Positions 7,675 through 18,385 of a DNA stretch of 36,733 nt are shown here, in pieces (within the stretch, counting starts at the first letter, position 1; each line of letters begins with the position of its first letter). The stretch is from a virus. Its lineage: Duplodnaviria > Caudoviricetes. Under the pieces are notes generated by a model. It was not told the origin of the DNA. It saw only the letters and a program-made list of their open reading frames with translations, and made no database searches. Made by a program: the position numbers and the translations under genes. The stretch spans positions 1 to 36,733 of the IMG/VR virus record IMGVR_UViG_3300028585_000520; one strand, 5' to 3'.

Positions 7675-8800
7675 CTTCGATTAATTTTAAGGGTTGAACA
7701 GATACGCTTGCAAATCCTACTGACTTCGACAGCAAATGATTTACAGTTGCCGTAAGCAGGTTGCGTTCCTTGGTGGTGTTTTCCCAATAGGTTTTTTTCA
7801 TTTCCCGGATAGCCTCACCTGAATTACCAAACAGTGATGAATCATTCGTTTTCATTAATCCGGATGGCAGATTGTTGAATGCAACCAAAATATTTTCTCG
7901 CACGCTGCTTTCGGTGTAATTGAACAGTTTATCATCCATTTTACTTTCAATCTGCTTAATCAAGATAGCATCCTCCAGCTTTTCACCTGCAAAATCCATC
8001 TCAAGGCATAGAACACCTCCAGTGTTTTGAGCGCCTAAACTGTCTTTAATAGCTTTCTGAAAATTTGCACGCTCATTTTCGGCATCTGTCAAATCTTTAC
8101 CTTCTAAACCTGATCCTACTAATGGCCGCGTAACAACTAAAGTATTTCCAAAGAAGCCCTTACGTAAAATGCGATTTTTGTATATCGCAGCCTGGGCCTC
8201 ACTATCGCAATCATCAGTTACAGAATCAATTCTTGACAGTGGATAAATGAGTTTAGTATCCTGGTTGATAAATAATACCTGGCCTTTGTATTTTTCCCAT
8301 CCGCCAGCCTTTTCAACTTGTGCATCAATTACTTTTTTGCGTGGATTGTAGACGTCAAGGAATTGCAAGTCGGCTTTCTTAGGTTTAGTCCAGTCTTTGC
8401 TAATTATAATTTTACCAGCATAATCCTTACTGTCTTTTTTACCTACACGGCACCAGTCATAAGGCAATACGGACATATCTACTATTTGATGTAGCGCATT
8501 CCAATTAACGTGAATGAAAACCCCGCGTTGCTTAACAATATCATCTGCAACATCATCTGCAAAGTCGATAAGCTTTAATGCCTTACTCTTATTTACCATT
8601 ATGCCATCAGCTTCAGTTCCGTACCCTTTACCGAGTAGGTACTGAACCATGATACTGGCTGCTGATTTTGCAGTTACGCTATTATTAATAAGCCTATCCA
8701 TTCGCTCTGGATAGGCATTATCAGTATCGTTACCGTAAACATCAACAGACTTATTCCAAGGTGTGACCCTTTTATAAATCTCTATCAGCAGGGTTCTCAT
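7649..8800 (-). CDS. Portal protein
   Basis: YGNDTDNAYP start, LGAQNTGG, ILVAFNNLPSGLM; size and context. Confidence 0.75.
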   Translation of the reverse strand: MRTLLIEIYKRVTPWNKSVDVYGNDTDNAYPERMDRLINNSVTAKSAASIMVQYLLGKGYGTEADGIMVNKSKALKLIDFADDVADDIVKQRGVFIHVNWNALHQIVDMSVLPYDWCRVGKKDSKDYAGKIIISKDWTKPKKADLQFLDVYNPRKKVIDAQVEKAGGWEKYKGQVLFINQDTKLIYPLSRIDSVTDDCDSEAQAAIYKNRILRKGFFGNTLVVTRPLVGSGLEGKDLTDAENERANFQKAIKDSLGAQNTGGVLCLEMDFAGEKLEDAILIKQIESKMDDKLFNYTESSVRENILVAFNNLPSGLMKTNDSSLFGNSGEAIREMKKTYWENTTKERNLLTATVNHLLSKSVGFASVSVQPLKLIEDDTTDNPV

Positions 8801-8801
8801 G

Positions 8802-9467
8802 TTATTCTGGTTTTTCTACAATGGAGATAGTACCGTTTTCTTCGTACTCATTTTTGTCAATAAGAACAGTATCGCCAGCCTTAATACCAGCTTCAGCAAG
8901 CTCAGGATTGGTAGATAAGTTTTCATCAGTTATAACCGTTTCAATGGTCTCAACACCGTCAACGTCTATGTTTTCAATGTTGTACTTTTCCAATGCAACA
9001 ATGGCTTTATCCAATGCGCTTTCTTTAGCCTTTCGGGTTGCATGATGTGTTTTTTCAGTAAGAGCATCAAGCTCTGCCTGCGCATCATTTACAGCTTCCT
9101 GTAACTTTTCTTCCTCGGATGCATTATCGTCTGGGATAGCTTCAAAAAAGCGTTTTCCATCAGGTTGTGATAGCAGCTTCTTAGCGTATTCCTTAGTGAT
9201 ATTTCCATTATTTACCAGGACCTGTGAGCCAAACTCTAATGGCATATTCTCATATTTTAAATGCAGAACATATCCAGATTTATTTTCGTGTTTCATAAAA
9301 TGAAGTTTGTACTTATTTAGATAAGCGTTTAAACATTTGCTACAGCTGGGGTTCACTGTCTCGTTGAAGATCGAAGTGTATTCTTTTAGGAACAATTCGA
9401 GATATCGAATGCCATCACTGTTCACCCCTGATGTGATGGCATTGATATCCATTGCTTTGAAATCCAT
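8802..9467 (-). CDS. Hypothetical structural-region protein with CxxC and acidic C-terminus
   Basis: NPSCSKCL motif; between tail tube and portal. Confidence 0.7.
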   Translation of the reverse strand: MDFKAMDINAITSGVNSDGIRYLELFLKEYTSIFNETVNPSCSKCLNAYLNKYKLHFMKHENKSGYVLHLKYENMPLEFGSQVLVNNGNITKEYAKKLLSQPDGKRFFEAIPDDNASEEEKLQEAVNDAQAELDALTEKTHHATRKAKESALDKAIVALEKYNIENIDVDGVETIETVITDENLSTNPELAEAGIKAGDTVLIDKNEYEENGTISIVEKPE

Positions 9468-10075
9468 TACGCCTGAGCAAATTTATTATCAAAAGCTGTT
9501 TTACTTGCAGCATATGTGCCGGCCTCAGCTCCACCATCTAGGAACGTTTTCGGCATGGTAGCCTCTTCATAGCCATCAGTGGATGACAACTCGAACATTA
9601 TCATGTTGTCATTTTCCTTAGAGCTATTCGTCATTGTCGATAGTTCCAATCCGGATGAATATCCAAGAACCTCAAAAGCATCTTTGCTACCGGCACCTTT
9701 CCAAACCTGTTCAACCACTACCACATATTTGCCGCCTTTACTTAGGTTATCGGCTTGTGCTTTATTTACTAAGCTTGGATTGAAGATAACGCCACTGAAT
9801 GTGTGCTTAAACTTATCAGGTGCATTTTCTTTTTTAACCAGTTCCCATGCTTTACCGTTTGACTGCTTTACGCCGGTTAGCTTGTAGGCCTCTGCCCCAG
9901 CTTTCAACTGTATGTTTTGAACTAATAATCTATTTGCAGGTGCTAGTGTTGTTGTCGTTACATCAATATCATCTTTGTTAATAAGAATGACATTTTGCTC
10001 AATACCTCCGACTGGAGCATTGTCGCAATCAAAGAGTATATCATTTGTTAATTTTCCTGTGCAATCTACTGCCAT
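9467..10075 (-). CDS. Putative major tail tube protein
   Basis: 202-aa beta-rich protein after the capsid (DCDNAPVGGIE, FEVLGYSSGLE). Confidence 0.55.
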   Translation of the reverse strand: MAVDCTGKLTNDILFDCDNAPVGGIEQNVILINKDDIDVTTTTLAPANRLLVQNIQLKAGAEAYKLTGVKQSNGKAWELVKKENAPDKFKHTFSGVIFNPSLVNKAQADNLSKGGKYVVVVEQVWKGAGSKDAFEVLGYSSGLELSTMTNSSKENDNMIMFELSSTDGYEEATMPKTFLDGGAEAGTYAASKTAFDNKFAQA

Positions 10076-10111
10076 GGCTCTATAATTTTATGAGTTAAAA
10101 CAAGTAACGGC

Positions 10112-11161
10112 TTAATAAGCCGCTACTGTCATATATGATTCAAGGTGTTTCGCATCAATAGTATAAGCTGCATCCATGAAGTTGGTTTTTAGCGTTCTAT
10201 CGTAAAATACATCCAACTTAGACAAGTCCTCAACGCTAAGTGTACCTAATGGAATATTGGCCTTAGTTGTATATATCGCCCTGTGTGGTAAGTTCCATTT
10301 AGTGCCGTTGTTTTGGTATGCTTTGATATATCTATCCCAATCGTAACGTACTTTTATTTCGACACCATCAAATAGAATTTTTGGCCTGCCATTTTCGACA
10401 ACCTCCATATATCCTGAACCAAGATTCTTACCTCTTAGGTAAGCGCTGTAGTTGTCAGCAATAGATCTTGTAACCAAAATAAAGTCCTCACCTGATGTAA
10501 TCAGACGTTCATCTGCAATCGCTTTAATTTCGCTTAGTATCCTGTAAGCGCCATCCTCGTCAAGCGCTTGGCCTGCATATGTTGCACCTGCATTTTCCTC
10601 GATGGTTACACGTTTAACAGCTGCATCACCATAGATTTGTTTAAACAATCCATTGAAAGAATTGAAATAACCTAAGTCAGTTCCTGGTGTGAAATTACCA
10701 GCTGGTGCAACAGCTGCGTTCTTATCGTTAAACCATACCTTTCTGTGGATGTTATCAATCATTGCTCTCTCAACAGCAGCTATGATTACACCGAACTCCT
10801 CAGAACCTACACGGTCATAAAAGTCAGGATTGATGTTTTTAGACTTTTTAAAGATTTTTAACAATGCCGGCATATCAGTCGAACAGTGTTTAAGTCTAAA
10901 ATCTTCTAGCACTGGAGTCCAGAACTTTTCAGAAAATGAAAACCCTTCTGCTTCATTAGGTGTACACCCAACTGATTCTTTACCAAGTAGACCTATTAGG
11001 CCAGCGAAAACAATCTGTTTGGTTACATCAATACCAGTCTCAATGTCGTGGAATTCGTTAAGGTCACTTTCATTAAATACCCTTTCGAAAATCACATCGC
11101 TTACCGCACTAACTTCTTCAGGATTTAAAGTAAGATCCTCTGCATTTATCAATTTTGCCAT
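10112..11161 (-). CDS. Major capsid protein
   Basis: 349 aa directly after the protease/scaffold; size and position. Confidence 0.8.
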   Translation of the reverse strand: MAKLINAEDLTLNPEEVSAVSDVIFERVFNESDLNEFHDIETGIDVTKQIVFAGLIGLLGKESVGCTPNEAEGFSFSEKFWTPVLEDFRLKHCSTDMPALLKIFKKSKNINPDFYDRVGSEEFGVIIAAVERAMIDNIHRKVWFNDKNAAVAPAGNFTPGTDLGYFNSFNGLFKQIYGDAAVKRVTIEENAGATYAGQALDEDGAYRILSEIKAIADERLITSGEDFILVTRSIADNYSAYLRGKNLGSGYMEVVENGRPKILFDGVEIKVRYDWDRYIKAYQNNGTKWNLPHRAIYTTKANIPLGTLSVEDLSKLDVFYDRTLKTNFMDAAYTIDAKHLESYMTVAAY

Positions 11162-12207
11162 TAGTCTCTATTTTTAGATTTTAAATAATCTTTAATACCA
11201 GATGTCCTATCGGTAGAACCTGGAGTTTTTTTGCCGTCTTTTTTTCCATCAACTACAAACTTTGATGTTACGCTTTTCTTAAGTGCTAACACTTCACTTT
11301 TGATTGTAGCTAATTGAGTTTCGTGTGCTGAGTTCTGTGCTTCCAATTCAGCAGCAAGCCTTTCGTTTTCTGCTTTTAATGTTGCAACTTCATCATCTGC
11401 ACCTTCTTCAACCTCGACAATTTCAGTAAGTGAACCAGCAGTAAACTTATAGACACTGCCATCAGGCAACGTATAATCACCTTCAGCGGGCTTACCGTCA
11501 ACATTCCCTTTAGCACCAACTTCAACAGTAGCGTCATCAGCTAAATCCGGGAAGTCAATCTCAACACCTGTTGCATCCTGTACAAGTTTTGCCTTAGCGC
11601 CTTTAAATTTGCTAAGCACTTTATTGAAAAGACTTTCCATAAAGTTTTTGTCATTCTCTGTCATATCATTTAATTTTGGTTTGAAATGCGTTTTCGCTAC
11701 AGCCTTTACGGGTTCGGCCGTTGTAAATCCTAAGCTTGCCAAGTTCTCACTTGTAAGCCAAGTTTCATTTTTTAGAAGCGGGAGTATTGCTTCTTCCGTT
11801 ACATTTAAGGCCTTTATATAGAAGTTTGTCATCTTCTTTTCGATAGCCCGTAACTGATCTGCAAATTCTGCTAATTCGTCGGCGGTACCCATTGAGCCCC
11901 CCCACGGTAAGTGTATCATGAACGGTGTATTTTCACGCACAATTCTTTTAGTGCCTGCCATGAAAATAACGGTTGCTATACTGGCTACAATGCCGCTGCC
12001 AATAGTAGTAACCGGCTTTCCTAATGATACCAGATAGTGGTAGATATCGAAGCCTACATCTACTAATCCACCCTCACTATTGATGTGTACATCAAACGAT
12101 TCTGCTAACGGTTGTTTCTTAACCTGACCTACGATATCGATAAGTTCAACGCCCGTTACGTCGTCGAACGTTCCAATTGGTCCTGATATATAAATGTTCC
12201 CTATCAT
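11161..12207 (-). CDS. ClpP-family prohead protease with C-terminal scaffold-like coiled coil
   Basis: HINSEGG, VASIATVIFMAG (Ser), FMIHLPW (His), ETWLT; GDYTLPDG and coiled-coil tail. Confidence 0.9.
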   Translation of the reverse strand: MIGNIYISGPIGTFDDVTGVELIDIVGQVKKQPLAESFDVHINSEGGLVDVGFDIYHYLVSLGKPVTTIGSGIVASIATVIFMAGTKRIVRENTPFMIHLPWGGSMGTADELAEFADQLRAIEKKMTNFYIKALNVTEEAILPLLKNETWLTSENLASLGFTTAEPVKAVAKTHFKPKLNDMTENDKNFMESLFNKVLSKFKGAKAKLVQDATGVEIDFPDLADDATVEVGAKGNVDGKPAEGDYTLPDGSVYKFTAGSLTEIVEVEEGADDEVATLKAENERLAAELEAQNSAHETQLATIKSEVLALKKSVTSKFVVDGKKDGKKTPGSTDRTSGIKDYLKSKNRD

Positions 12208-12211
12208 GTTG

Positions 12212-12265
12212 TAAAATTAGATAGGCAAAAAGTATGTTTTGCGACATCATTATGTCGTATATTTG
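12212..12265. promoter_or_regulatory. Divergent promoters sharing a palindromic site
   Basis: Minus TAATTTTA (12212-19) 4 nt before the protease ATG; plus TATATTTG (12258-65) 4 nt before ATG 12270; CGACAT-N4-ATGTCG at 12242-57. Confidence 0.6.
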
Positions 12266-12269
12266 TGGT

Positions 12270-12548
12270 ATGGGATTACTAATACTATTCTTAATTTGCT
12301 GTACTGCAATCGGCTTTGCTGTTATAAAAACAGTACGCTTCTTTTTTCCTAAAAAGATAGCCACGCAAAAGCCCGTTGTAGTTAATCCATATATCGGACA
12401 TCAGATGGCCAAAGTGATTAATGAAAAATGGTATGACGATTATATTAGTTGGATGCAAAAGAATGACCCTGAAGGTGTGCCAGTAGATAAGATAAAAGCT
12501 CAAGAAGATATCAGTGCTGAAACAAAATATAGAAACCTTTTCAAATAA
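12270..12548 (+). CDS. Membrane-anchored moron protein (92 aa)
   Basis: N-terminal TM MGLLILFLICCTAIGFAVI; own -7 box and terminator; opposite strand to the late genes. Confidence 0.65.
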   Translation: MGLLILFLICCTAIGFAVIKTVRFFFPKKIATQKPVVVNPYIGHQMAKVINEKWYDDYISWMQKNDPEGVPVDKIKAQEDISAETKYRNLFK

Positions 12549-12578
12549 AAAAGCCAGTATAGTTACTGGCTTTTTTTT
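12547..12578. terminator. Bidirectional intrinsic terminator
   Basis: AAAAAAGCCAGTA-TAGT-TACTGGCTTTTTTTT between convergent genes. Confidence 0.9.
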
Positions 12579-12798
12579 ATGATTCCATATAAGCAACTAT
12601 TCGTTGCATTTGTCTTTTACTTATCCGATAGTTTGCAGCTACCATGTTAATAGCTTCAGAAGGCTTGTATCTCGTACATTCCTGGAGGTAAAATTCGTAA
12701 TAGACTTTCCAATCTAAAAGTTTTATTGACACTATTCCGATATTCAATAATTTGATAATAACATCCTCAGTATCCAGGATAATTTCGTATTTGGTCAT
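12577..12798 (-). CDS. Small HTH protein, candidate Mor/C-like late transcription regulator
   Basis: C-terminal HTH pattern AINMVAANYRISKRQMQRIV. Confidence 0.55.
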   Translation of the reverse strand: MTKYEIILDTEDVIIKLLNIGIVSIKLLDWKVYYEFYLQECTRYKPSEAINMVAANYRISKRQMQRIVAYMES

Positions 12799-13038
12799 TT
12801 ACCATTTGTGTATAGGGCAAATATCGTTAGAGCGTATTTTTGCAGATAGAGGGCATCCGCATTTTTTACAATAAGCTCCCTGCACTTCAGTTAAAGTGTC
12901 TCGTACAAAAGTAAGTATTTTACCTTGTTTAGCAAAAGGGCAACCCGAACAAATTGCAGCTCGAGTTTGTGCCAGTTCCTCAACTACCTCGCTTTTGTCA
13001 AGGTAGTTTTTCCATCCGGTTAAGATCTCTTTTATCAT
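12799..13038 (-). CDS. Cys-rich putative zinc-binding protein
   Basis: RAAICSGCP...CKKCGCPLSAKIRS...CPIHKW. Confidence 0.7.
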   Translation of the reverse strand: MIKEILTGWKNYLDKSEVVEELAQTRAAICSGCPFAKQGKILTFVRDTLTEVQGAYCKKCGCPLSAKIRSNDICPIHKW

Positions 13039-16000
13039 TAGTAGATTGATGATTCTTTTACAATAACACTCTTATTTGCCTGTACTGCGATGGCTTCGAC
13101 TGTTACAACCGGAGCCGGTAGTGATGCGTTAGCTGCCGCCATCTTAGCTGCAAGTTCATCAATGTTAAGTCCAGGCTGTGAAACTTCACGCGAAACGATA
13201 CCACCAGTTGCAAAATAGTTGCTGGCTGATGGGCCATCACTTGGGTAAGCATTATTAAATGCCATGAAGTGTGCAGCTGCATTACGATTCATTATACCGA
13301 TTAGCTCACCCTGCTCAGCTTCAAAGCGGGTGCCATCAGTGCCAGTAAATACAGTGCCGCCGTTGAAGTGCCTATTACCACCCACCGCTTGTAAACCGCC
13401 TTTCTCGAATTTTGCACCTACAGTCTTAGCGGCTTGAATTGCCCCGGTGGCAATAATGATACCTCCCTGTATTCTCGCATTCAACGCCAATGGAAGGGCA
13501 CCGGCGGCTGCGTATGATGAAGCTAAAGCAAAAGCTTTATTAGCATTCTGAACAGTTGTGTTGACTATATCAGCAATTGCTACAGCTTTACCCAATGCGC
13601 TTTCCTGATTAAATAACCCTTTAAGCCCTGCAATTAATTCTGCTCTATTCTGATACTTAAAATCATTAACCGACTCAGTAAGCTTTTTATCAAGTGATAC
13701 ATACTTTTGATTGATAAGGTTAACATCTGCACCTGTTTTCTCGGCATCTGCAACCTCCTGCTGGCGCTTCAGCTCGTTTTGCTGGCGCTCGAGTTCGACC
13801 TGAGTCAAAAAGTTTTCTTCATTCGCTACTTTTTGATTTTCAAGATCCATTGCTTTACGGTTATTTTCTGCATCCCTTCGCTGCTGGTCGAGTTCATCTT
13901 GAGCCGCTTGGTTCTCAATCCTGATGCGTGATAATTCAGCATCATACTGTTGTTGCGTTAATTTACCATTTTCAAGTTGCACCAAAGCACGATCACTTTC
14001 CGCTTCTGCAATAGTGGCAAGGCGCGCTTTCTCTTGCTTAACCATTTCATCATTTAAAAACTTGTTATTATCAAGCTTTTTTTGATTGTTGGCCAGTATA
14101 GCTTCAAACTCTCTATCTGCATTTTCTAATACAGCATTAGCCTGAGCATCTAATAATGTTTGGTGAGCGTCATTGAAAGCAATCTGTAACTTTAGCTTAT
14201 CGTTACTGGTTTTCTTACTGGCGTCATATTCAGCCTGGGCAATCTTTATCGACTGGTCATAAACCTCATTTGCCATTTTAATTTCTTCATCGACTGCTTT
14301 TGCTTTATCTCCCTGAGACTGTTGAAAAAGAGTAAGCTGTAAGCGCAAGCTTTCTGCATATGAATTAAGTGCCTCTTGTCTTTTGCGCTGGCGTTCCTGC
14401 TCTGCCTTTTCAGCATCAGCACGAGCTTTCTCGCTGGCTTTTATTGCATCCTGTTTTGCTTTTTCAGCATCTTCCTGAATTTTATTACTCTTGTTTATAT
14501 TTTTCTCTAGGTTCGCATAATACTCATTGTCAAGTTCAATTTCTTTCTTTTGGTTCTCTGACAAAACTTTAAACATATCATCCACATCACCCGTCCTATC
14601 TTCAACTAACTCTTTAAAAGCAGTAGCGCGGGCCTGTAGATGTGCTTCTTCATCGGCGGTAAGGTCAGCATTACTATTTTTCTGCAAGTCAGATATCTCT
14701 TTAAGCATATTAAATTCCTGGTCATTCAATTCAGCTTTAATTCTAATATCCTCAAGGGCATTTTTGTACGCTTGGTCAGCATTTTTCTTACGGGCTTCAT
14801 AGTCCTGTTTTTCTTTTTGCGCCGCTTTATCGAGCAGTGCAAGGCGCTCTTCTTCAGTTTTGGTTCTATCCTTAGCCTGGATGTTTAACCTGTTTATTTC
14901 GGCACGGTTACGGGCTGTAGCAATTTCTTGTAATGCCATAGCATCTTCGAGATCCTGTTGTGCTTTCTTCAATTTAACAGCAGCATCATAAGCTTCATCC
15001 ATATCACCAGTTAACGTTGACCATACATCGCCCAGAGACTTAGCACCTGATACTAATGCAATAATGGCATTTAGCACAACTTTAAAAGCTGCACCCACAC
15101 CTGCTAACACCTGCTCGACTTTATCAACTATGGGGGTAAAGTTTTTAAAAGCAGCAATGATTAATACAATGGCTGCAATGATTAATCCAATCCCTAGAGC
15201 AGCCATAACAACACCTAAAACACCTAGTGCACCTGATAATATAGTTGTACCGCCCGCAGCGGCAACGGCAGTGCCGGCACTCGCTGTTTGTGCACTCGCT
15301 AATGCTACGGTCTCACCTGTTAATAAAGCCGTTTCAGTAGCTGCTACACCCTCAACAACATTAAGCGTTTCAGTACTTGCAGTTAATGCTATTGTAGATT
15401 CAGTGGCAGCGGCTTCGGCCACGGTTAATGTCTCGGTTGCGACTGCCTGTGACTCTACCGCAATAGTTCCCACCTGGTTGCTTACGGCAGCGGCATCTTG
15501 TGCAGATGTAAATAATCCAAGCTTTTCAATACTTTCACTCCACTTAGCTTTCAAATTGTCTAATACCGGGGTAAACGAACCTATAACGCTAATTACTTTA
15601 TCGCTATCGTTCTTCAATGCGCCTAACGTTCCACTGAATACCCCGGTATCCTTTAAGGCTTCTTTGATGCCTTCAGAATAAGAGCCTATGCCAATTTTTT
15701 GCTTTTCATAGGCGGATACGTTCTCTTTAATAAATGCATTGTTTTGGTCTATCTTGTTATTTATCGCGGTAAGATTCTTAGAATAGTTGGCATCGTTAAC
15801 ATTCAAATCTTTCCTTAGTGCCAGTAGCTGCTTGTTGTTACTTCGGTATTCACCCTCACTTTGGTTAAGCTTATCAACCGCACCGCTAATTGCCAGCTGT
15901 TGATTTTGAAGCTTGCCGCCTTCAGAAACCTGAGCAGATATAGCAGCAGTCTGTGCATTATATACTGAGGTCAGATTTTTTATTTCAGCCTGGTTGCGCA

Positions 16001-16148
16001 CAAATTGAGCTGAACCCTCCTCACCGGATTTTTTTAGTTCGGCCTGTTCAGCTCTTAGCGCTATCAGAGCAGTCTTAGATTCGGTTGCTTTTTTAATTAA
16101 ATCCTGTACATCAAGATCTAGTTTTGCTATGTCGATTTTTTCAGCCAT
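13038..16148 (-). CDS. Tape measure protein
   Basis: 1036 aa, long coiled coils, Ala/Thr repeats, central hydrophobic segment (LGIGLIIAAIVLII), C-terminal EAEQGE/FATGG. Confidence 0.9.
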   Translation of the reverse strand: MAEKIDIAKLDLDVQDLIKKATESKTALIALRAEQAELKKSGEEGSAQFVRNQAEIKNLTSVYNAQTAAISAQVSEGGKLQNQQLAISGAVDKLNQSEGEYRSNNKQLLALRKDLNVNDANYSKNLTAINNKIDQNNAFIKENVSAYEKQKIGIGSYSEGIKEALKDTGVFSGTLGALKNDSDKVISVIGSFTPVLDNLKAKWSESIEKLGLFTSAQDAAAVSNQVGTIAVESQAVATETLTVAEAAATESTIALTASTETLNVVEGVAATETALLTGETVALASAQTASAGTAVAAAGGTTILSGALGVLGVVMAALGIGLIIAAIVLIIAAFKNFTPIVDKVEQVLAGVGAAFKVVLNAIIALVSGAKSLGDVWSTLTGDMDEAYDAAVKLKKAQQDLEDAMALQEIATARNRAEINRLNIQAKDRTKTEEERLALLDKAAQKEKQDYEARKKNADQAYKNALEDIRIKAELNDQEFNMLKEISDLQKNSNADLTADEEAHLQARATAFKELVEDRTGDVDDMFKVLSENQKKEIELDNEYYANLEKNINKSNKIQEDAEKAKQDAIKASEKARADAEKAEQERQRKRQEALNSYAESLRLQLTLFQQSQGDKAKAVDEEIKMANEVYDQSIKIAQAEYDASKKTSNDKLKLQIAFNDAHQTLLDAQANAVLENADREFEAILANNQKKLDNNKFLNDEMVKQEKARLATIAEAESDRALVQLENGKLTQQQYDAELSRIRIENQAAQDELDQQRRDAENNRKAMDLENQKVANEENFLTQVELERQQNELKRQQEVADAEKTGADVNLINQKYVSLDKKLTESVNDFKYQNRAELIAGLKGLFNQESALGKAVAIADIVNTTVQNANKAFALASSYAAAGALPLALNARIQGGIIIATGAIQAAKTVGAKFEKGGLQAVGGNRHFNGGTVFTGTDGTRFEAEQGELIGIMNRNAAAHFMAFNNAYPSDGPSASNYFATGGIVSREVSQPGLNIDELAAKMAAANASLPAPVVTVEAIAVQANKSVIVKESSIY

Positions 16149-16150
16149 GA

Positions 16151-18385
16151 TTATATTTTAAAGCTAATTGTATTAGATGTTACACCGTTGGACTCATCAA
16201 TAATCCTGAAGTAATAGAAAGCCCGGCCCGGTACACCAAATCGTATTGGTGAACTGCTAGATGCACCGTCACTAACCCATGTTTTACCATCGTTAGAATA
16301 TTGTGCGGTTACATTTGAAAAATCATATGATGCTTGAAAGTGCAATGTGACGTTATTGTAAAAGCTTTCATAATTCGTTATCTCAATAGTATAAAATGTG
16401 CTGGCAGGTTCGGTAAGCTTCACTCGAACCAATTCGCATTTCGTAACCTTACCCGGCACGAAGTTTTCAATTTTATTTACCAGGTAATAGTTAGATAGCT
16501 GCTCAATGTAATACAGTTTTCTAAAATCGAAATTCACAACATCGGTATCTTGCAGCCATATTTCAGCCCGGATGATTGTAGCATTATCAAGTATCCGCTG
16601 CAATGGTGCGTAATAATTCTGCACTACATCCTGAAAAGAAAGATTTGTATATGATTCTCGGTAATACTCAGAAGCCGAACCGGAAGTGTTTAAGCCTTCA
16701 GATTTTAAACGAATATCTTTACCAACGCCTATAGTGCGAATGAAATAATACCGTTTATCAAGTTGCTTGTATTTTACAGGATCATCGTTAGGGCCAGGGC
16801 TATCTACCGCTTCTTTTTCCCAAAGCTTATAGACATTCGTTTGCTCATTTAGATAAGTCACCTTTTGCTTTTCAGGTGCATATATCTTTGATTTAATAAC
16901 ATCGCGGGTATCCTGAAGGTTGACATTCTTGACAGCTAAGAACCCGTCATGGTGTGTGGCTTCTTTATCATTGTAGTTGTAGCGTAACCAATTCCGCTGG
17001 GCATAAGTTCCGTACACATAATTTTCGGATATCTTTCTGCTAAATTTCTTTGTCCAGTCGAGAACTTCCGCATTTTCTAATTGCTCAGACAGGGTCAAAA
17101 ACTCATAAGCATTAGAGTATTTATCCTTGAATATAGTCAAGCCGAAACGGTGTACCACCTCATTGATAAAATCCTTTACAGCGAAATCACTAAAAGCAGA
17201 AGTAAAATCGATAACGTTAGGGTCAATCCGATAAAGCTTAACCTCAAGATTATTATTTGAAGATTTTAGCAGGTTAAAACCACGTGTAGGATCTTGGTAT
17301 AAAACCAATATTGAAATGTAATCGCCAGCCTCTAATTGAAATAGGTTCGATGTGACATTGATGTCGCTGCCATGCATTATGTTTTCGGCAGCATTTCCTA
17401 AAACTAGATTGCCATCTTTATCATAAGCTGGCTTTCTTTTAGCATCTATAGCCTCAAGGCCTTCAGCATTTTTAGCAATTAATAATCTTGATGGAACTTG
17501 CTCTGAATTAGTATTCCCACCTCTATATCCGTAAATCTTTCCCTTTATTTCTATACGGTAAGTGCCGGAATTACCTACTTGCATACTAATATTTTCGTAG
17601 ACACCTTTCAGTTCATTTACATTTGTAGAGTTAAATTTAGCGCTGTAGTTACCGTTAGTTTTCTCACTAATAAATGTATAGTCAGTACTTCCAAACACCT
17701 GGTGATCGTTCTCTCCAGTAATGGTAATACCTTTAGGAAAAGTCATCCATAACTCATTGAAATCACGGCTTTCAAATACGCTACCACTATACGCAGCATT
17801 GTAAGCCTTCATAATTTTATTCCATAACCATGCAACATTAACCGATGGTACCAGGTAATCAATGTTCACCAATGGTACCATGTTTTCGGGTGTGGTATTG
17901 GTTTGGCCGGTGTTGCCATTGTAATCGGCTAGAATGTATTTATAAGGCAAATCAATTGCCCATGTACTTTTGATTGTATTAATGTCTTTTTTATGCTCAA
18001 GCTCTGTAAGTTTTAAAGGTTCATCAGCAAGCGTTTTGTTTTCGATTGACTTGTACAAATCAGTGATGCCGTCGATAATTGCTACCTCATAAAATTCGCC
18101 TTCATCCGTAATCATACCCCAGCCTTTGAAGATAAAGCATTCACCATTTTCGCCATATACTGTTACCTCATTTTTTTGGTAGGGTACTAAAGATGTATTA
18201 CCGGGCATTGTCATGAAGTTCATGATGCGCATATTAGTAGCTGTCTTGGGGATTTTAAAAGAGTTGGTGTAATTAGCGTTCCGGTTGTTGATACTATTAA
18301 TGTCATTAACAGCTTTGGTCTGAGCAATGACAGTACTAGCAGTTATATCGGCCAGCTGATCGTTAATGATAAGTCTTAGGCTCAT
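16151..18385 (-). CDS. Tail tip / baseplate hub-like protein
   Basis: YTNSFKIPKTATN N-terminal motif of Bacteroidota siphovirus tail proteins; adjacent to the TMP. Confidence 0.7.
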   Translation of the reverse strand: MSLRLIINDQLADITASTVIAQTKAVNDINSINNRNANYTNSFKIPKTATNMRIMNFMTMPGNTSLVPYQKNEVTVYGENGECFIFKGWGMITDEGEFYEVAIIDGITDLYKSIENKTLADEPLKLTELEHKKDINTIKSTWAIDLPYKYILADYNGNTGQTNTTPENMVPLVNIDYLVPSVNVAWLWNKIMKAYNAAYSGSVFESRDFNELWMTFPKGITITGENDHQVFGSTDYTFISEKTNGNYSAKFNSTNVNELKGVYENISMQVGNSGTYRIEIKGKIYGYRGGNTNSEQVPSRLLIAKNAEGLEAIDAKRKPAYDKDGNLVLGNAAENIMHGSDINVTSNLFQLEAGDYISILVLYQDPTRGFNLLKSSNNNLEVKLYRIDPNVIDFTSAFSDFAVKDFINEVVHRFGLTIFKDKYSNAYEFLTLSEQLENAEVLDWTKKFSRKISENYVYGTYAQRNWLRYNYNDKEATHHDGFLAVKNVNLQDTRDVIKSKIYAPEKQKVTYLNEQTNVYKLWEKEAVDSPGPNDDPVKYKQLDKRYYFIRTIGVGKDIRLKSEGLNTSGSASEYYRESYTNLSFQDVVQNYYAPLQRILDNATIIRAEIWLQDTDVVNFDFRKLYYIEQLSNYYLVNKIENFVPGKVTKCELVRVKLTEPASTFYTIEITNYESFYNNVTLHFQASYDFSNVTAQYSNDGKTWVSDGASSSSPIRFGVPGRAFYYFRIIDESNGVTSNTISFKI

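Noticed and set aside
11161-12207. Host ClpP, or a protease dedicated to the TAC antitoxin
   Set aside because: Scaffold-like tail and position before the capsid identify it as a prohead protease
15230-15480. 21-aa Ala/Thr repeats in the tape measure protein as a novel element
   Set aside because: Periodic helical repeats are expected in tape measure proteins
15064-15681. 205-aa + strand ORF and other antisense ORFs (e.g. 3197-3619, 21015-21449, 32134-32775)
   Set aside because: Shadow frames opposite well-supported genes, with no motifs or expression signals
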